Shown: positions 21,701-27,725 of the stretch, one piece after another
How the letters are laid out: each line of letters starts with the position of its first letter
How positions within the stretch are numbered: position 1 is the stretch's first letter
Made by a program: the position numbers and the translations under genes
Origin: a virus
Virus record (IMG/VR): IMGVR_UViG_3300032285_001888
Location: 8,934 to 72,933 of that record
Strand: one strand, 5' to 3'
DNA: 64,000 bases
The notes under the pieces: model-generated
Database searches by the model: none
Seen by the model: only the letters and a program-made list of their open reading frames with translations
Told to the model about the DNA's origin: nothing

Positions 21701-23055
21701 AGCCAATATGGGCGGCCGTGAGTAGTACAACAGGCACTGCGGCAGCAAGTATACGTACTGGAGCAACTCCACTAGGACGTATGAAGGTAGCTAGCGGTGC
21801 TATTACAGAGATACGACTAATCGAACCAGGCGGCGGCTTTGCCAAAGGTAACGTTTCAGCTACGACTGTAAGTACTAACTTGATCACTGTAGATGACACT
21901 ACTGGATTGAGCACAAGTATCGCTAATAATCAACCGATTGAATTTAGTGTTGCTAGTGGCGGCCTAACAACTAATACAACATACTATGTAATTGGATCGA
22001 CTGTTACCAGTACTCAGTTTAGCGTAACTGCAACTGCTGGTAGCACAACAGCAGTAACACTTACAACGACTGCTCCGACTGGTATGATTTATACTGCCGG
22101 TCCTATAGTAACACAATTTGATCCTAACAAGGTTAACACAGCAGGCACTCGTGTGCGTATGAGCGACGGAGTATTGGCTAATCCAAGTTTCACTAATCGA
22201 GGATTAAACAACGCTACCGCTACAGCAGTAACAGCAGGCGATGGATATGCTGATCTATATCAGAATTCAAGTTACATAAACGTAAGTGGAGTCTACTCAA
22301 TCCCAACTGCAGGTGCTAACGTACAGTTTGCCGCAATCACTGGCACTAGCCAATGGTATAAGCTGGTAACAGTTTCGAACATATTAGGTATTGCTGGTAA
22401 TTATTCAGCAACGTTCCAGATTAATCCAGCATTAAGTACACTACTAGCACCAGCTAACGGTAACTTAATCACTACTCGACTAAAATACAGTCAAGTTCGA
22501 CTAACTGGACATGACTTCTTGTACATCGGTACTGGTAATCAAACACAAACAAACTACCCTAATGTGATTCCTGGTAATGCTATACAGGCTAATCAGAGCT
22601 ATGCTACAGGCGGCGGACGTGTGTTCTTTACAAGTACTGACCAAGACGGTAACTTTAACGTTGGTAACTTGTTCGGAGTTCAACAGTCAACTGGTACTGC
22701 TACATTGAACGCTAGTGCGTTTGCCCTAAGCGGATTGCAGAGTTTGACATTAGGTAACTTGTCAGTTGGTGTTGGATCAGCGACTATTACTAGTTTCTCA
22801 ACAGATCCCTACTTTACAGCTAATAGTGATAGTGTTGTACCAACACAGAAAGCTATTAAATCTTACATTACAGCCCAAATTGGTGGCGGATCAAGCTCGT
22901 TGAACGTAAATACTATCACATCAGGACAGATTTACATCGCCGGCAATACGATAAGTAATACAACAGGTAATCAAATCTTGGTAACAAGTAAGATGACATT
23001 TACCGGCGGAATTGACGGGGCACCAGTTGCTCTTGTGTTCTTCGGTCAGAGATAA
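9721..23055 (+). CDS. Giant modular virion fibre/adhesin protein B (paralogue of 1144..9672)
   Basis: 4444 aa with the same scaffold order (MAEYKLGRI start, Trp repeats, TQGD...LPIGT, VGDELR, GGRIRATNGNSSYG, GWDH, AYGN repeats, HDFLYIG...TSTDQDGNF) and many more inserted modules. Confidence 0.8.
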   Translation: MAEYKLGRIKPVYQGSWTAGGSYVVDDIVTVGGKTYICVISNTASGSFNTDLTANPSLWNIIADGSTWRGTWQNATTYNIGDLALYGGVLYQATTAHSSTSATATITAATASANGSTATIGFAQQVVQPYLVGATITVAGFSSQTAFNGSFTVTACTTTTVSYTLAQTLTGTTMGTVTGPSQLGLENSQYNAISGVSIGANGTFAGSATLNVGMAVVVSGTSSNGSITGYTNPTTYYIIATNGVNTGFTLSATQGGAPVGTVAGTGAGLTFNIAYWVPYSSNINWIGAWTTNTRYKLNDLVSYGGYTYVCNLAHVSANTATLGLEQDQSKWSTFNAGIFYQGSWSSSSVRYRVNDVVTYGADLWICTTAHTSSTSFASANFSLFVAGFEYLNSWSASTTYVQGDVVSYGGNTYIALQNHSGQTPSTALTYWQPFTTGLTFAGAWTTTPTGIQTGQTGYRIGDVVTVDGYTYLAVADNAVQTVTATAVTNPTATMPSTTISTLGALNIGGTVTGTVAIGMYLSGGGLTTNTYYITGGSGTSWTTNYTGTAIASTTITGTHNLVSLPSIIITAASASGGTATLTYATQSAVPFVAGQYITVAGVTPAGFNGTYVVTGSPTTTQVTYALTGTLTGSAFGTVAGTTTNLVTGLPITFGSALGGLLTTQQYYVRDIPTGGTTFSVSTTSGGVPVLLTASSANTTLGTTNPKPPFATYWGQLNSGIKWNPSYNTYTGLSATNVTGTGVGAQFTVLARNTTYTVTVTNGGSGYSQTAGSNTIKILGTSLGGVSPANDLTMTISSVASGVIQTGGVTVVGISVTWASSTTYVAGDTVLWGVSTYICILAHVGATGNRPDNDTTGTYWNLMASGTEQAVLTTQGDMFYYGSTGPTRLPIGTDGQILRVNNNIPAWQYYGQINNLVYVSPAGSDVTTAGQGTTIDKPWQSVRYACQQVEDGYLNPNTKFLMTANKQFMMKEVNNYIYYQYSVNVTGTSSNTITVGGSSTVAQTTTANLYIGMPIVFTTSSGSIVAGTTYYVAQVLTGTTFTIATSYANALVPTLFAVGTGSANVGTYSYSQSKTERDAGLVIQGLIFDITHNGTYQTTTNVQAYFTSTGATFTSGVSAYDVIPFNLSLNYLANTLIPNVLANTTPSTNYQLILNPSIATTGASGTSTVATITYTGSAFAVGSYITVAGVTPLGYNGTWQVTASSSGSVSFLSSTTGSQTVAGTVQTAKAIQQINSSYTVESGTQTKAQTLIGYLTSCLSAGTTNNVLPAVINPATTISIKTGTYNEILPINVPAYTALVGDELRSTVVQPFAADPVLATVVPKAVVALNRIKALIPNLMSNTTITPTTGNTATQVTSLPAASTGSTLAITNLQTSFNIVLQLVSNGLGGEPVIVMPQPTGYSGGSITNTAYATTSGSNPTGTTTGYATAFTQIRQNYNFLITETLVYLIANPGTSGFTGQAGQYNLGVRDITYILDSLLYDLTYGGNTQSLIAGAAYYSLNILQITSAQSAAYQAALTRLRAAIVTVARGTAFSATSGNNVVQVTVGGDGGVAAANFAGDRVQNVINWIANGTADATVAPYIGAQSIALQTAYNAVSALNSNIASDAQYWVYKYYQGVTYSNPTLINRDAGLIATYTAYDMVFGSNFNAIQIGRAFNRANTSATNLRSATSGQLAPTLGAINFMYYKMKQIAASGAVAQIQTTIDDITAYMQGGPAAPAQIIWPQPALATIATSTGASGGATYTSVSGTTLSGGGSSAVFTIVRAYNGNGYYNYTITPTTPGSSYTVGSLIKILGTSIGGYTPVNDIIIRVTQVNSGAIQYATYSDTSSAAGMLEANRAFLIAEAVAYFTTNYSSLVSNPNYSLAKTQRDMGYILDGIHYDLVYGGNWASSNAGMAYYSALYGTQISAGFGAAFAATINWVSTLAQQVVVNTTVGSPVQATVTQTLQVGAGLIGASTHAATLAQLFVTVTAIVTNGLTTGVPTATIVTISGTNTFTTGTTANTITNTNGTAVTITAASYIQGTPIATGASVTTTSGLAINTTYYVAATITNSTTVTLATTLANALAGTAITFTGGSTAISNGAVTVGSANHGLSAGDMIIPQSTSNGLTSTIIGSTVTPYYVISTGLTTTQFQLSNSYNGTAISTFTNGTGLSLAIQTINMPQLNTANATTLSAWTAVSASVPTYQSGSTASFTATINGTTTLNVTAVASGTIALGMSITGTGLGGGATITAFGTGLGGTGTYIMSVAATSGTVAIPVTGVTVAAVSQASVVGYINTNYTAFQYLSAYTQRDVFNVTLAMFLDTLLGSNFATVQAGRAYNRTQDYKVQGYELTVTVAALNYLQTLVATTLSSSTYTSQLTTATNNINTIISYVGSSQYVQPQVNGTVTYNNSADIIKGAEILRANIPFLQAEVSAYYTSLYSYAITSTTTSTNVITTGSAHSFVVNDPIQFTPTTASTTATASNANSEITLNSLTGIIVGGSVAFSTSFGNVIAGTTYYVLTATGGKITVSSASPGGALFVTGVVASTSSAVTYTGFVSGNLSANTVYYIASVPSTTTFTVTTIEGFTNVNTGTTGTVVSLQTVSTPAFNVVYYAPTVLTQTDINYYLNGIVYDLQYTGNYRSLRYAQVLLNSVNGSAQSNFFLVRNASGIRNMTMTGLTGYLSTASVAFGTKRPTAGAYSSLDPGFGPNDSNAWIYSRSCYVQNCTMFGYAVYGAKVDGALHSGGYHSMVANDYTCIIGDGIGWMTTGAGSLSELVSVFNYYSYAGYMAELGGRIRATNGNSSYGVYGVVAEGVDTTEVPLYATLNNRANPATITNVVTDAQAQVYRFEYGNAGTNYTSSVPSISGSGYNSAVFQDEFRNASMFETRLIDKADGNGTGGSSYVTATNVSQGGTTGLITIAATDTALTNAYNGDRIQLTAGTGVGQYANILTYTNSSKVAQIIKDSFTPISVTASTATTGVNTTSGVITTNSYWGTVLAPCGTVTGTFAPGMVLTSAGTITAGTYITSAANSATLTTTSITSSGGSLAGTVSLISGAGTAVAPWAATITLSSGTTAALVVGAQFVATAGGGTIYGGSPTSVTVTAITSSTVFTYAVVGGTTPTAGTVTAITQAVLAASAASNLLPGMALATVSTPAYVAGQISATGTIVATATFTGTSGTNTITLSTFTVGSIATVLVGQFIGPISGIPANTFVTAVNPVTNIITISTTLYGAVSGSASTYTAGGAGTYALTAASFATITGTPTTATSWPLSTSQSQYSATVTGTLYSLTVASTANIYNGMPIYLGTAVATLSATTLYYAQAVTSTGFSVTTNAGYPGAGTIATVTTTTTATVTVTATSIVNNLITAANTLTAGQTLTFGTAFTGVDTGTTYWVNATNLTTSSFAISTSPFSGTTVTITSTNPSVSSTGTIGTAVYAAGWDHVLPGFVSATFGTPSTTISYTNALDLTSAYIIEPRVSYSAPAYLPTARTITSGSYSSLTYGAGYFVALNTSGTAVQYSTNGTTWSAGGALPTSTTWSNVVYGGGQGARATAVVGGFGGAGAVLTAVIGTGTTATQIVSVTIVNGGYNYTTPPNIVFVSSNGPGTGATATCTVLNGAITSVTMTINGSGYTAAPIVTANTGIVSSITMNTWGKNYYSTPTVTVAQPQGLTPTVYPVSSSVTQNTYYQTTAGRIYQCVTAGTTSSTTPTFDYTTATGYTNIQNGTAYFTYIATQASGTAAYSNGSITSIALTNAGYGYNAVPAVTIVDGSAAFVAISYSTTSQTYIATSTAAGIPATGWSAIGTGSNAYIAISNIYGITYGNNIYVAVGGANGTATALSTSSPQSYTNWVTRTLTAISAGYYSSVAFGAGGNSSGTFIAINYGGNITSISNNGSTWTAGGTLPSTQPWTSIAYGNNRFVALAKTGAVAYTVNYGTNWYASPVSNGSFPSTLSPSYVWTQISYAEGVFVAISQTNVSATSPDGITWTLRTMPSSTNWSAIAFGNPNNISSTVIGSQPIWAAVSSTTGTAAASIRTGATPLGRMKVASGAITEIRLIEPGGGFAKGNVSATTVSTNLITVDDTTGLSTSIANNQPIEFSVASGGLTTNTTYYVIGSTVTSTQFSVTATAGSTTAVTLTTTAPTGMIYTAGPIVTQFDPNKVNTAGTRVRMSDGVLANPSFTNRGLNNATATAVTAGDGYADLYQNSSYINVSGVYSIPTAGANVQFAAITGTSQWYKLVTVSNILGIAGNYSATFQINPALSTLLAPANGNLITTRLKYSQVRLTGHDFLYIGTGNQTQTNYPNVIPGNAIQANQSYATGGGRVFFTSTDQDGNFNVGNLFGVQQSTGTATLNASAFALSGLQSLTLGNLSVGVGSATITSFSTDPYFTANSDSVVPTQKAIKSYITAQIGGGSSSLNVNTITSGQIYIAGNTISNTTGNQILVTSKMTFTGGIDGAPVALVFFGQR

Positions 23056-23076
23056 CATAAATTTTGGAGAAATAAT

Positions 23077-23448
23077 ATGGCAGCAGGATCAGGTATAAAA
23101 TTTACACAAGCCTTAACAGCAGGTAATATTGCAACGCTTAACCCAGTTTACTACACAGTACCAACTGGCTATTATGGTGTATACAATATTTCTTTTACTA
23201 ACACATCGTCAGCCGCTCAGACAATTAGATTGTATATTGGTGCAAGTACAAGTGGTAGTCCGGTCGCTAGCGAAATATTTGAATATCAAACTACTATCGT
23301 TGCTAACGGTGTATTTGAGCGTACAGGTATTGTAGCGGCAGCTGGATCAAACTTTATTGTAGGTAGTTCAGGCGGTTCAGGCGGTGCTGGTACATCAACT
23401 GGCGCAGTAAACTTAAACATCTACGGTATTGAAACTTCAACATCATAA
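23077..23448 (+). CDS. Small virion protein
   Basis: 123 aa with a GGAGA SD. The YTVP...ISFTN...FERTGIV...IYGIETS pattern is related to the C-terminal half of 185..736. Confidence 0.7.
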   Translation: MAAGSGIKFTQALTAGNIATLNPVYYTVPTGYYGVYNISFTNTSSAAQTIRLYIGASTSGSPVASEIFEYQTTIVANGVFERTGIVAAAGSNFIVGSSGGSGGAGTSTGAVNLNIYGIETSTS

Positions 23449-23460
23449 TAAGAGATTAAC

Positions 23461-24066
23461 ATGGCAAGATATAATACAGTTATAGCAACTAGTTCGACGG
23501 CCACTGGGGTTGCAACTACTCCTCAGAACGGTCAATTTACAACAATTACAGGATCAGCAGGCACTGTTACACTAGCCGCTCCTAGTACATGTACAGGACA
23601 AACACAAGGTTTTTGGAATACTACCGGCGGAGCCGCAGTACTATCAACACCTAGTGGCGCAATTAACTTCCTTACAAATACTGGTAGTGCTAACTATACA
23701 ATGGCCAATAATAGTGTAATATTTTTAACTAGCGATGGAACTAATTATGTTGTAACTGGTACAGTTGGTGCGCAGATGGTTAACGTAAACGTAAGTGGTA
23801 CATATACTGCTTCCGCTCAACAGTTTTTATGGGTTAACACATCGAGTGCGGCCTTTACAATAACACTGCCGGCGGCACCGAGTCAAGGTGATACTATCCG
23901 TATAGTAGATATTACAAACACATTTAACACTAACAACTTGACCATTGCCCCAAACAGTCTTCCTATCATGGGAAGTGTGGCCAATATGACAGTAGCAACC
24001 CAAGGTGCGGCATTTGATATGATTTATTATGATGCAACACGCGGTTGGAGACTATTTACAATTTAA
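23461..24066 (+). CDS. Fibre/baseplate adaptor-like protein with two tandem beta modules
   Basis: 201 aa with two related units (GTVTLAAP...FLTSDGTNYV; FTITLPAAPSQGDTIRIVD...YYDATRGW). The second resembles the module seen in T4 gp9/gp10/gp34-type fibre-attachment proteins. Confidence 0.6.
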   Translation: MARYNTVIATSSTATGVATTPQNGQFTTITGSAGTVTLAAPSTCTGQTQGFWNTTGGAAVLSTPSGAINFLTNTGSANYTMANNSVIFLTSDGTNYVVTGTVGAQMVNVNVSGTYTASAQQFLWVNTSSAAFTITLPAAPSQGDTIRIVDITNTFNTNNLTIAPNSLPIMGSVANMTVATQGAAFDMIYYDATRGWRLFTI

Positions 24067-24075
24067 GGTTAAACG

Positions 24076-25020
24076 ATGGCAACATATTCTAGTTTTAAAC
24101 AGATACCTGCAGACGGCCTTGTTGCTAATACTATTGTAACCGGTAACATAGCGGCCAATACAGTTACTGCCGCTAACATTGCCACTAATGCTGTTCCGGC
24201 TAGTGCAATTAGCGGTACTGCTACAAGTGCTACTCTAGCTACTACTATTAATTTAAGTGGTAAAACTGTTACTTACAGAGCAATTACCGGTTCAGATTTT
24301 TCCGGCAGTGCGGCAATTGCCGGTGCAACACTAGCTTCGGGAGCCGCTACAAGTAATATCGGATTTACTCCGATCAATCAAAGCGGTGACACATTATCAG
24401 GCGTACTAACAGTACCATCGGGATCAGCAAGTAGTCCGAGTATACAATATTCGGGAAGCTCTAATACTGGTATCAATATCACTACTAATAACGTAGCCAT
24501 TGTAGCTGGTGGTTCAACAGCAGTTAACTTTGACTCTAACGGATACATTACTAGACCAAATCATCCAATATTTGCCGCTGTTGGCACAGCTGGATGGCTG
24601 TATGCTCCTAGCTATGGCGGTACTGGAGAATACGAATCTGGATCAATCGAAGGTTGGAGCACTAGCCATCAATATGGTGGCTCAAACTTTAGTGGAGCAC
24701 CGGGTCGATTTACAGCACCGGTATCCGGATACTATATGTTTCATACATGGTGGTATATTTTAAATGACGCCAATACTCCGCCAAACTATGTACACTGGTT
24801 TGTACGTAGAAATAATAGTCGTAGCTGGACTGCAGGTGGTCGAAGCCCGTATATCATGAGTATGCATCAAAATCAACATAGCTATGATGATGGCTATCCA
24901 CACTCGTCACTAATAGATATGAGTGCTGGAGATTTTGTTAGTCTAGGAATGGTGTGGCACGGTAACAGTAGTAGACAACACTCTAGTCATCATCTATTCA
25001 GTGGATATTTAATAGGATAA
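24076..25020 (+). CDS. Short fibre protein with C-terminal C1q-like domain (paralogue 1)
   Basis: N-terminal 10-residue IxxxxIAxx repeats, FTPINQSGD neck, C1q signature GRFTAPVSGYYMF and terminal FSGYLIG. Confidence 0.75.
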   Translation: MATYSSFKQIPADGLVANTIVTGNIAANTVTAANIATNAVPASAISGTATSATLATTINLSGKTVTYRAITGSDFSGSAAIAGATLASGAATSNIGFTPINQSGDTLSGVLTVPSGSASSPSIQYSGSSNTGINITTNNVAIVAGGSTAVNFDSNGYITRPNHPIFAAVGTAGWLYAPSYGGTGEYESGSIEGWSTSHQYGGSNFSGAPGRFTAPVSGYYMFHTWWYILNDANTPPNYVHWFVRRNNSRSWTAGGRSPYIMSMHQNQHSYDDGYPHSSLIDMSAGDFVSLGMVWHGNSSRQHSSHHLFSGYLIG

Positions 25021-25023
25021 CAC

Positions 25024-25995
25024 ATGGCAACGTATTCAAGCTTCAAAAAAATAGACACTCAAGGGATAATTTCCGCAAACGTTACTAAGGACGATATAGC
25101 TCCGGGCGGAATTCCTAGCTCAGCTTTTTCTAGCAATAGTGTTAGAACATCGGACATTGCGGCAGCAAGTATCGGTACAAATCAACTTGCAAACACTCTA
25201 GACTTTAGTGGCAAGACTATGACTTATCGTCCGTTTGTTAATGCGGATTTTGCCGCTGGATCTATTAGCGGAACACAACTTGCTAGCGGTGCTATCACTA
25301 CTAACATTGGATATACTACTTTAAATAAAGCAGGCGACTCAACTACTGGGCCATTGATACTACCTGCAGGATCAGTTGGGGCACCGTCAATTGCCGCCAG
25401 TAACAATACTAATACAGGAATTTATTTTCCAGCGTCGAGTCAGATCAATATCGCAACTGCTGGAAGTCTAGCTAGTAACTTTGTAAACAACGGAAGTAGC
25501 ACCATTAGCCAGGTTCAACCTAGTATTCCAGCGTTTCATGCAACTGGCAACGGTGGTTGGTTTTATGGCAACTCATTTGGCGGATGCAGTCGCTGGGGAG
25601 AATTGATCAACGGATTTCCTGGAGGTTGGCAAGTTGGCGCACAAAAAGGCGGAAGCAATATAGGAACTCCTGGAAGATTTACGGCGCCAGTCGCCGGATG
25701 GTATAATTTTTATGCCCAAGAGTATATGTATAGCGACACTAATAATAGTAACAGCTATATCCACTGGAACATCGGGTACAATGGTAGCCCGTCAACTGAT
25801 AGAAATACTGGTCGTACACCGCATACAATTTATGGACATGGAAATAGTGGAAACTACGTTCCGGGCATTGTAACAACTTTAGAAATTTATCTAAATGCTA
25901 CCGATTATACGATCCCCCAACCATACTGGGGCGGTGGCTGTACTGGGCGTATACACGGTGACCATGCACTATGGTGTGGATACTTAATAGGATAA
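25024..25995 (+). CDS. Short fibre protein with C-terminal C1q-like domain (paralogue 2)
   Basis: MATYSSFK start, LNKAGD neck, GRFTAPVAGWYNF, terminal WCGYLIG. Confidence 0.75.
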   Translation: MATYSSFKKIDTQGIISANVTKDDIAPGGIPSSAFSSNSVRTSDIAAASIGTNQLANTLDFSGKTMTYRPFVNADFAAGSISGTQLASGAITTNIGYTTLNKAGDSTTGPLILPAGSVGAPSIAASNNTNTGIYFPASSQINIATAGSLASNFVNNGSSTISQVQPSIPAFHATGNGGWFYGNSFGGCSRWGELINGFPGGWQVGAQKGGSNIGTPGRFTAPVAGWYNFYAQEYMYSDTNNSNSYIHWNIGYNGSPSTDRNTGRTPHTIYGHGNSGNYVPGIVTTLEIYLNATDYTIPQPYWGGGCTGRIHGDHALWCGYLIG

Positions 25996-26000
25996 TCTAA

Positions 26001-26978
26001 ATGGCAGCTTACTCAAGTTTTAAAAGAATTGCAACCGACTCGTTTGTTGCTAATACATTAAATAGTACAGACTTTGCCGCAGGCGCAATAACGCTTGGTA
26101 ACCTTGCTCCCGGCGCTGTTAATGCAACGACACTGGCTACAAATGCTATCGGAACAGCACAGCTAGCAAGCACTCTTGATCTCAGCAACGGCGGTGCAAA
26201 CACTGTAACTTATCGTACAGTTGCTAATTCTGATATTAGTTCAAGTGCTAATATTCCAGCAGGCGCACTAGCTAGTGGTGCCGCAACAACAAACTTAGGT
26301 TTCACTCCATTAAATAAATCCGGTAGCAGTATGACTGGCGCACTGCAAATTACGCAAGGTAGTGCCGGTGCACCTCCAGTTGCACTAACAGGTAATACGA
26401 ATACCGGTATATTTTTTGCTAACGATAACACTGTACGTATTACCACTGCTGGCACAGAACGTGCAAGGTTTGATCCAAGCGGTAGATTTCTAAGAGGAAC
26501 TAGTCAAACGGCTGGAACTCCTATGTTCCAGGGACACGGCACGGGTGGTTGGTTATATAACAATAATATTGGATCAGGTACTAGCTGGCAGGAAATAAAC
26601 TCAAACTTTGGCTGGACTGGTTACCAGCGTAATGGCAGTGGATTTAGCTACAATAACGGGCGTTATACAGCACCTGTGGCTGGACACTACCATTTCCAAT
26701 GGCTAACTTATGCCCATAATGACAACAGCTGGAATAATACTAACGGCTACATTCATATGGCTCTTGGGAAAAACGGCAACGTTAGTCCGTGGAGTGGTCG
26801 TTGTCCGCACGGCATTTGGATGCACGGTAACGGTAGTCCGCATCCTAGCGGAATCAGTTGGAGGGTGGATCTATATCTAAGTGCCGGTGATTACGCTAGT
26901 GTGTTCCCGAACTGGACCAATAATAACAGTAGATTCCATGCAAGTCATTCATTCTTTAATGGGTATTTGATCGGATAA
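26001..26978 (+). CDS. Short fibre protein with C-terminal C1q-like domain (paralogue 3)
   Basis: MAAYSSFK start, FTPLNKSG neck, GRYTAPVAGHYHF, terminal FNGYLIG. Confidence 0.75.
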   Translation: MAAYSSFKRIATDSFVANTLNSTDFAAGAITLGNLAPGAVNATTLATNAIGTAQLASTLDLSNGGANTVTYRTVANSDISSSANIPAGALASGAATTNLGFTPLNKSGSSMTGALQITQGSAGAPPVALTGNTNTGIFFANDNTVRITTAGTERARFDPSGRFLRGTSQTAGTPMFQGHGTGGWLYNNNIGSGTSWQEINSNFGWTGYQRNGSGFSYNNGRYTAPVAGHYHFQWLTYAHNDNSWNNTNGYIHMALGKNGNVSPWSGRCPHGIWMHGNGSPHPSGISWRVDLYLSAGDYASVFPNWTNNNSRFHASHSFFNGYLIG

Positions 26979-27000
26979 ATATACGGGAGACATATTAAAC

Positions 27001-27696
27001 ATGACACAGAAATTTTCAATACACCTTTCTATAGCAGAAAGCAGAATGTTACATCACCTTACTAAAGATCCCGACGACTGGATTAGAAATCTTATAGAGT
27101 GGAGAGTTAGAATAGTTGAAGATAGTTTATATCCACAAATAAAGCAACAGCTAATAGACGCAGGCGCAACATCTATTCCCGCTACTAGAGAAGGAATGAT
27201 TGCGGCTGGCAATCTACAGCCAAAAGATCCAAACTGGACTCCAGTGCAACGCGAGCATATAACTAATGACAACTGTGATATTCATACTATTGAATTAGCC
27301 GATGACGAAATTACAGTATTAGAATGGATGTATGAAAATCCTCACGAACACATACACGACTGGATTGTTGAAAGATGCCAGATTGGTATTAAAGAAAAAG
27401 CCGAGTTTGTTACCAAAGAATTACTAGCTGATCCTAGATGGACTGACCCTATTCCATTAGATCCAGAAGAAGTTCTTGATTTAATAGAGATGAGAACCGT
27501 GCATGATCATATGGAGCTTACAGGCGCGGCAACACGCGATCTAGTCGAAAATTCAGCCAACTCTGATCACGTGCCCTTAACTGTGCCATTTCATCGATAC
27601 CTACATCATGATGATGTACCAGCATTTCCTACACCGTCTAGAGGACCAGACTCGGAAGCAGGGCCAAATACTACTCCGCATCCGGAAGCTAGATAA
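27001..27696 (+). CDS. Hypothetical acidic protein with internal duplication; possible fibre assembly chaperone
   Basis: 231 aa with a GGAGA SD and an upstream TAAATA. Two related halves (IHLS.AE...DPDDWI.N.IEWR; IELA.DE...NPHEHI.DWIVER). Lies directly after the C1q fibres. Confidence 0.6.
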   Translation: MTQKFSIHLSIAESRMLHHLTKDPDDWIRNLIEWRVRIVEDSLYPQIKQQLIDAGATSIPATREGMIAAGNLQPKDPNWTPVQREHITNDNCDIHTIELADDEITVLEWMYENPHEHIHDWIVERCQIGIKEKAEFVTKELLADPRWTDPIPLDPEEVLDLIEMRTVHDHMELTGAATRDLVENSANSDHVPLTVPFHRYLHHDDVPAFPTPSRGPDSEAGPNTTPHPEAR

Positions 27697-27700
27697 AATT

Positions 27701-27725
27701 AAAAAGCACCCTAGGGTGCTTTTTT
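27701..27725. terminator. Bidirectional intrinsic terminator
   Basis: Perfect palindrome AAAAAGCACCCT|AGGGTGCTTTTT with A/T tracts on both sides, between convergent operons. Confidence 0.9.

Noticed and set aside
1348-26455. Numerous short minus-strand ORFs (Val/Pro/Ala-rich) within the fibre genes
   Set aside because: They are antisense shadows of Thr/Gly/Ser-rich codons, with no SD, promoter or recognisable motifs.
24076-26978. Diversity-generating retroelement targeting the C1q heads
   Set aside because: No reverse transcriptase and no near-identical template/variable repeat pair differing at adenines is visible in this window; the paralogues differ at all bases. A remote DGR elsewhere in the genome cannot be excluded.
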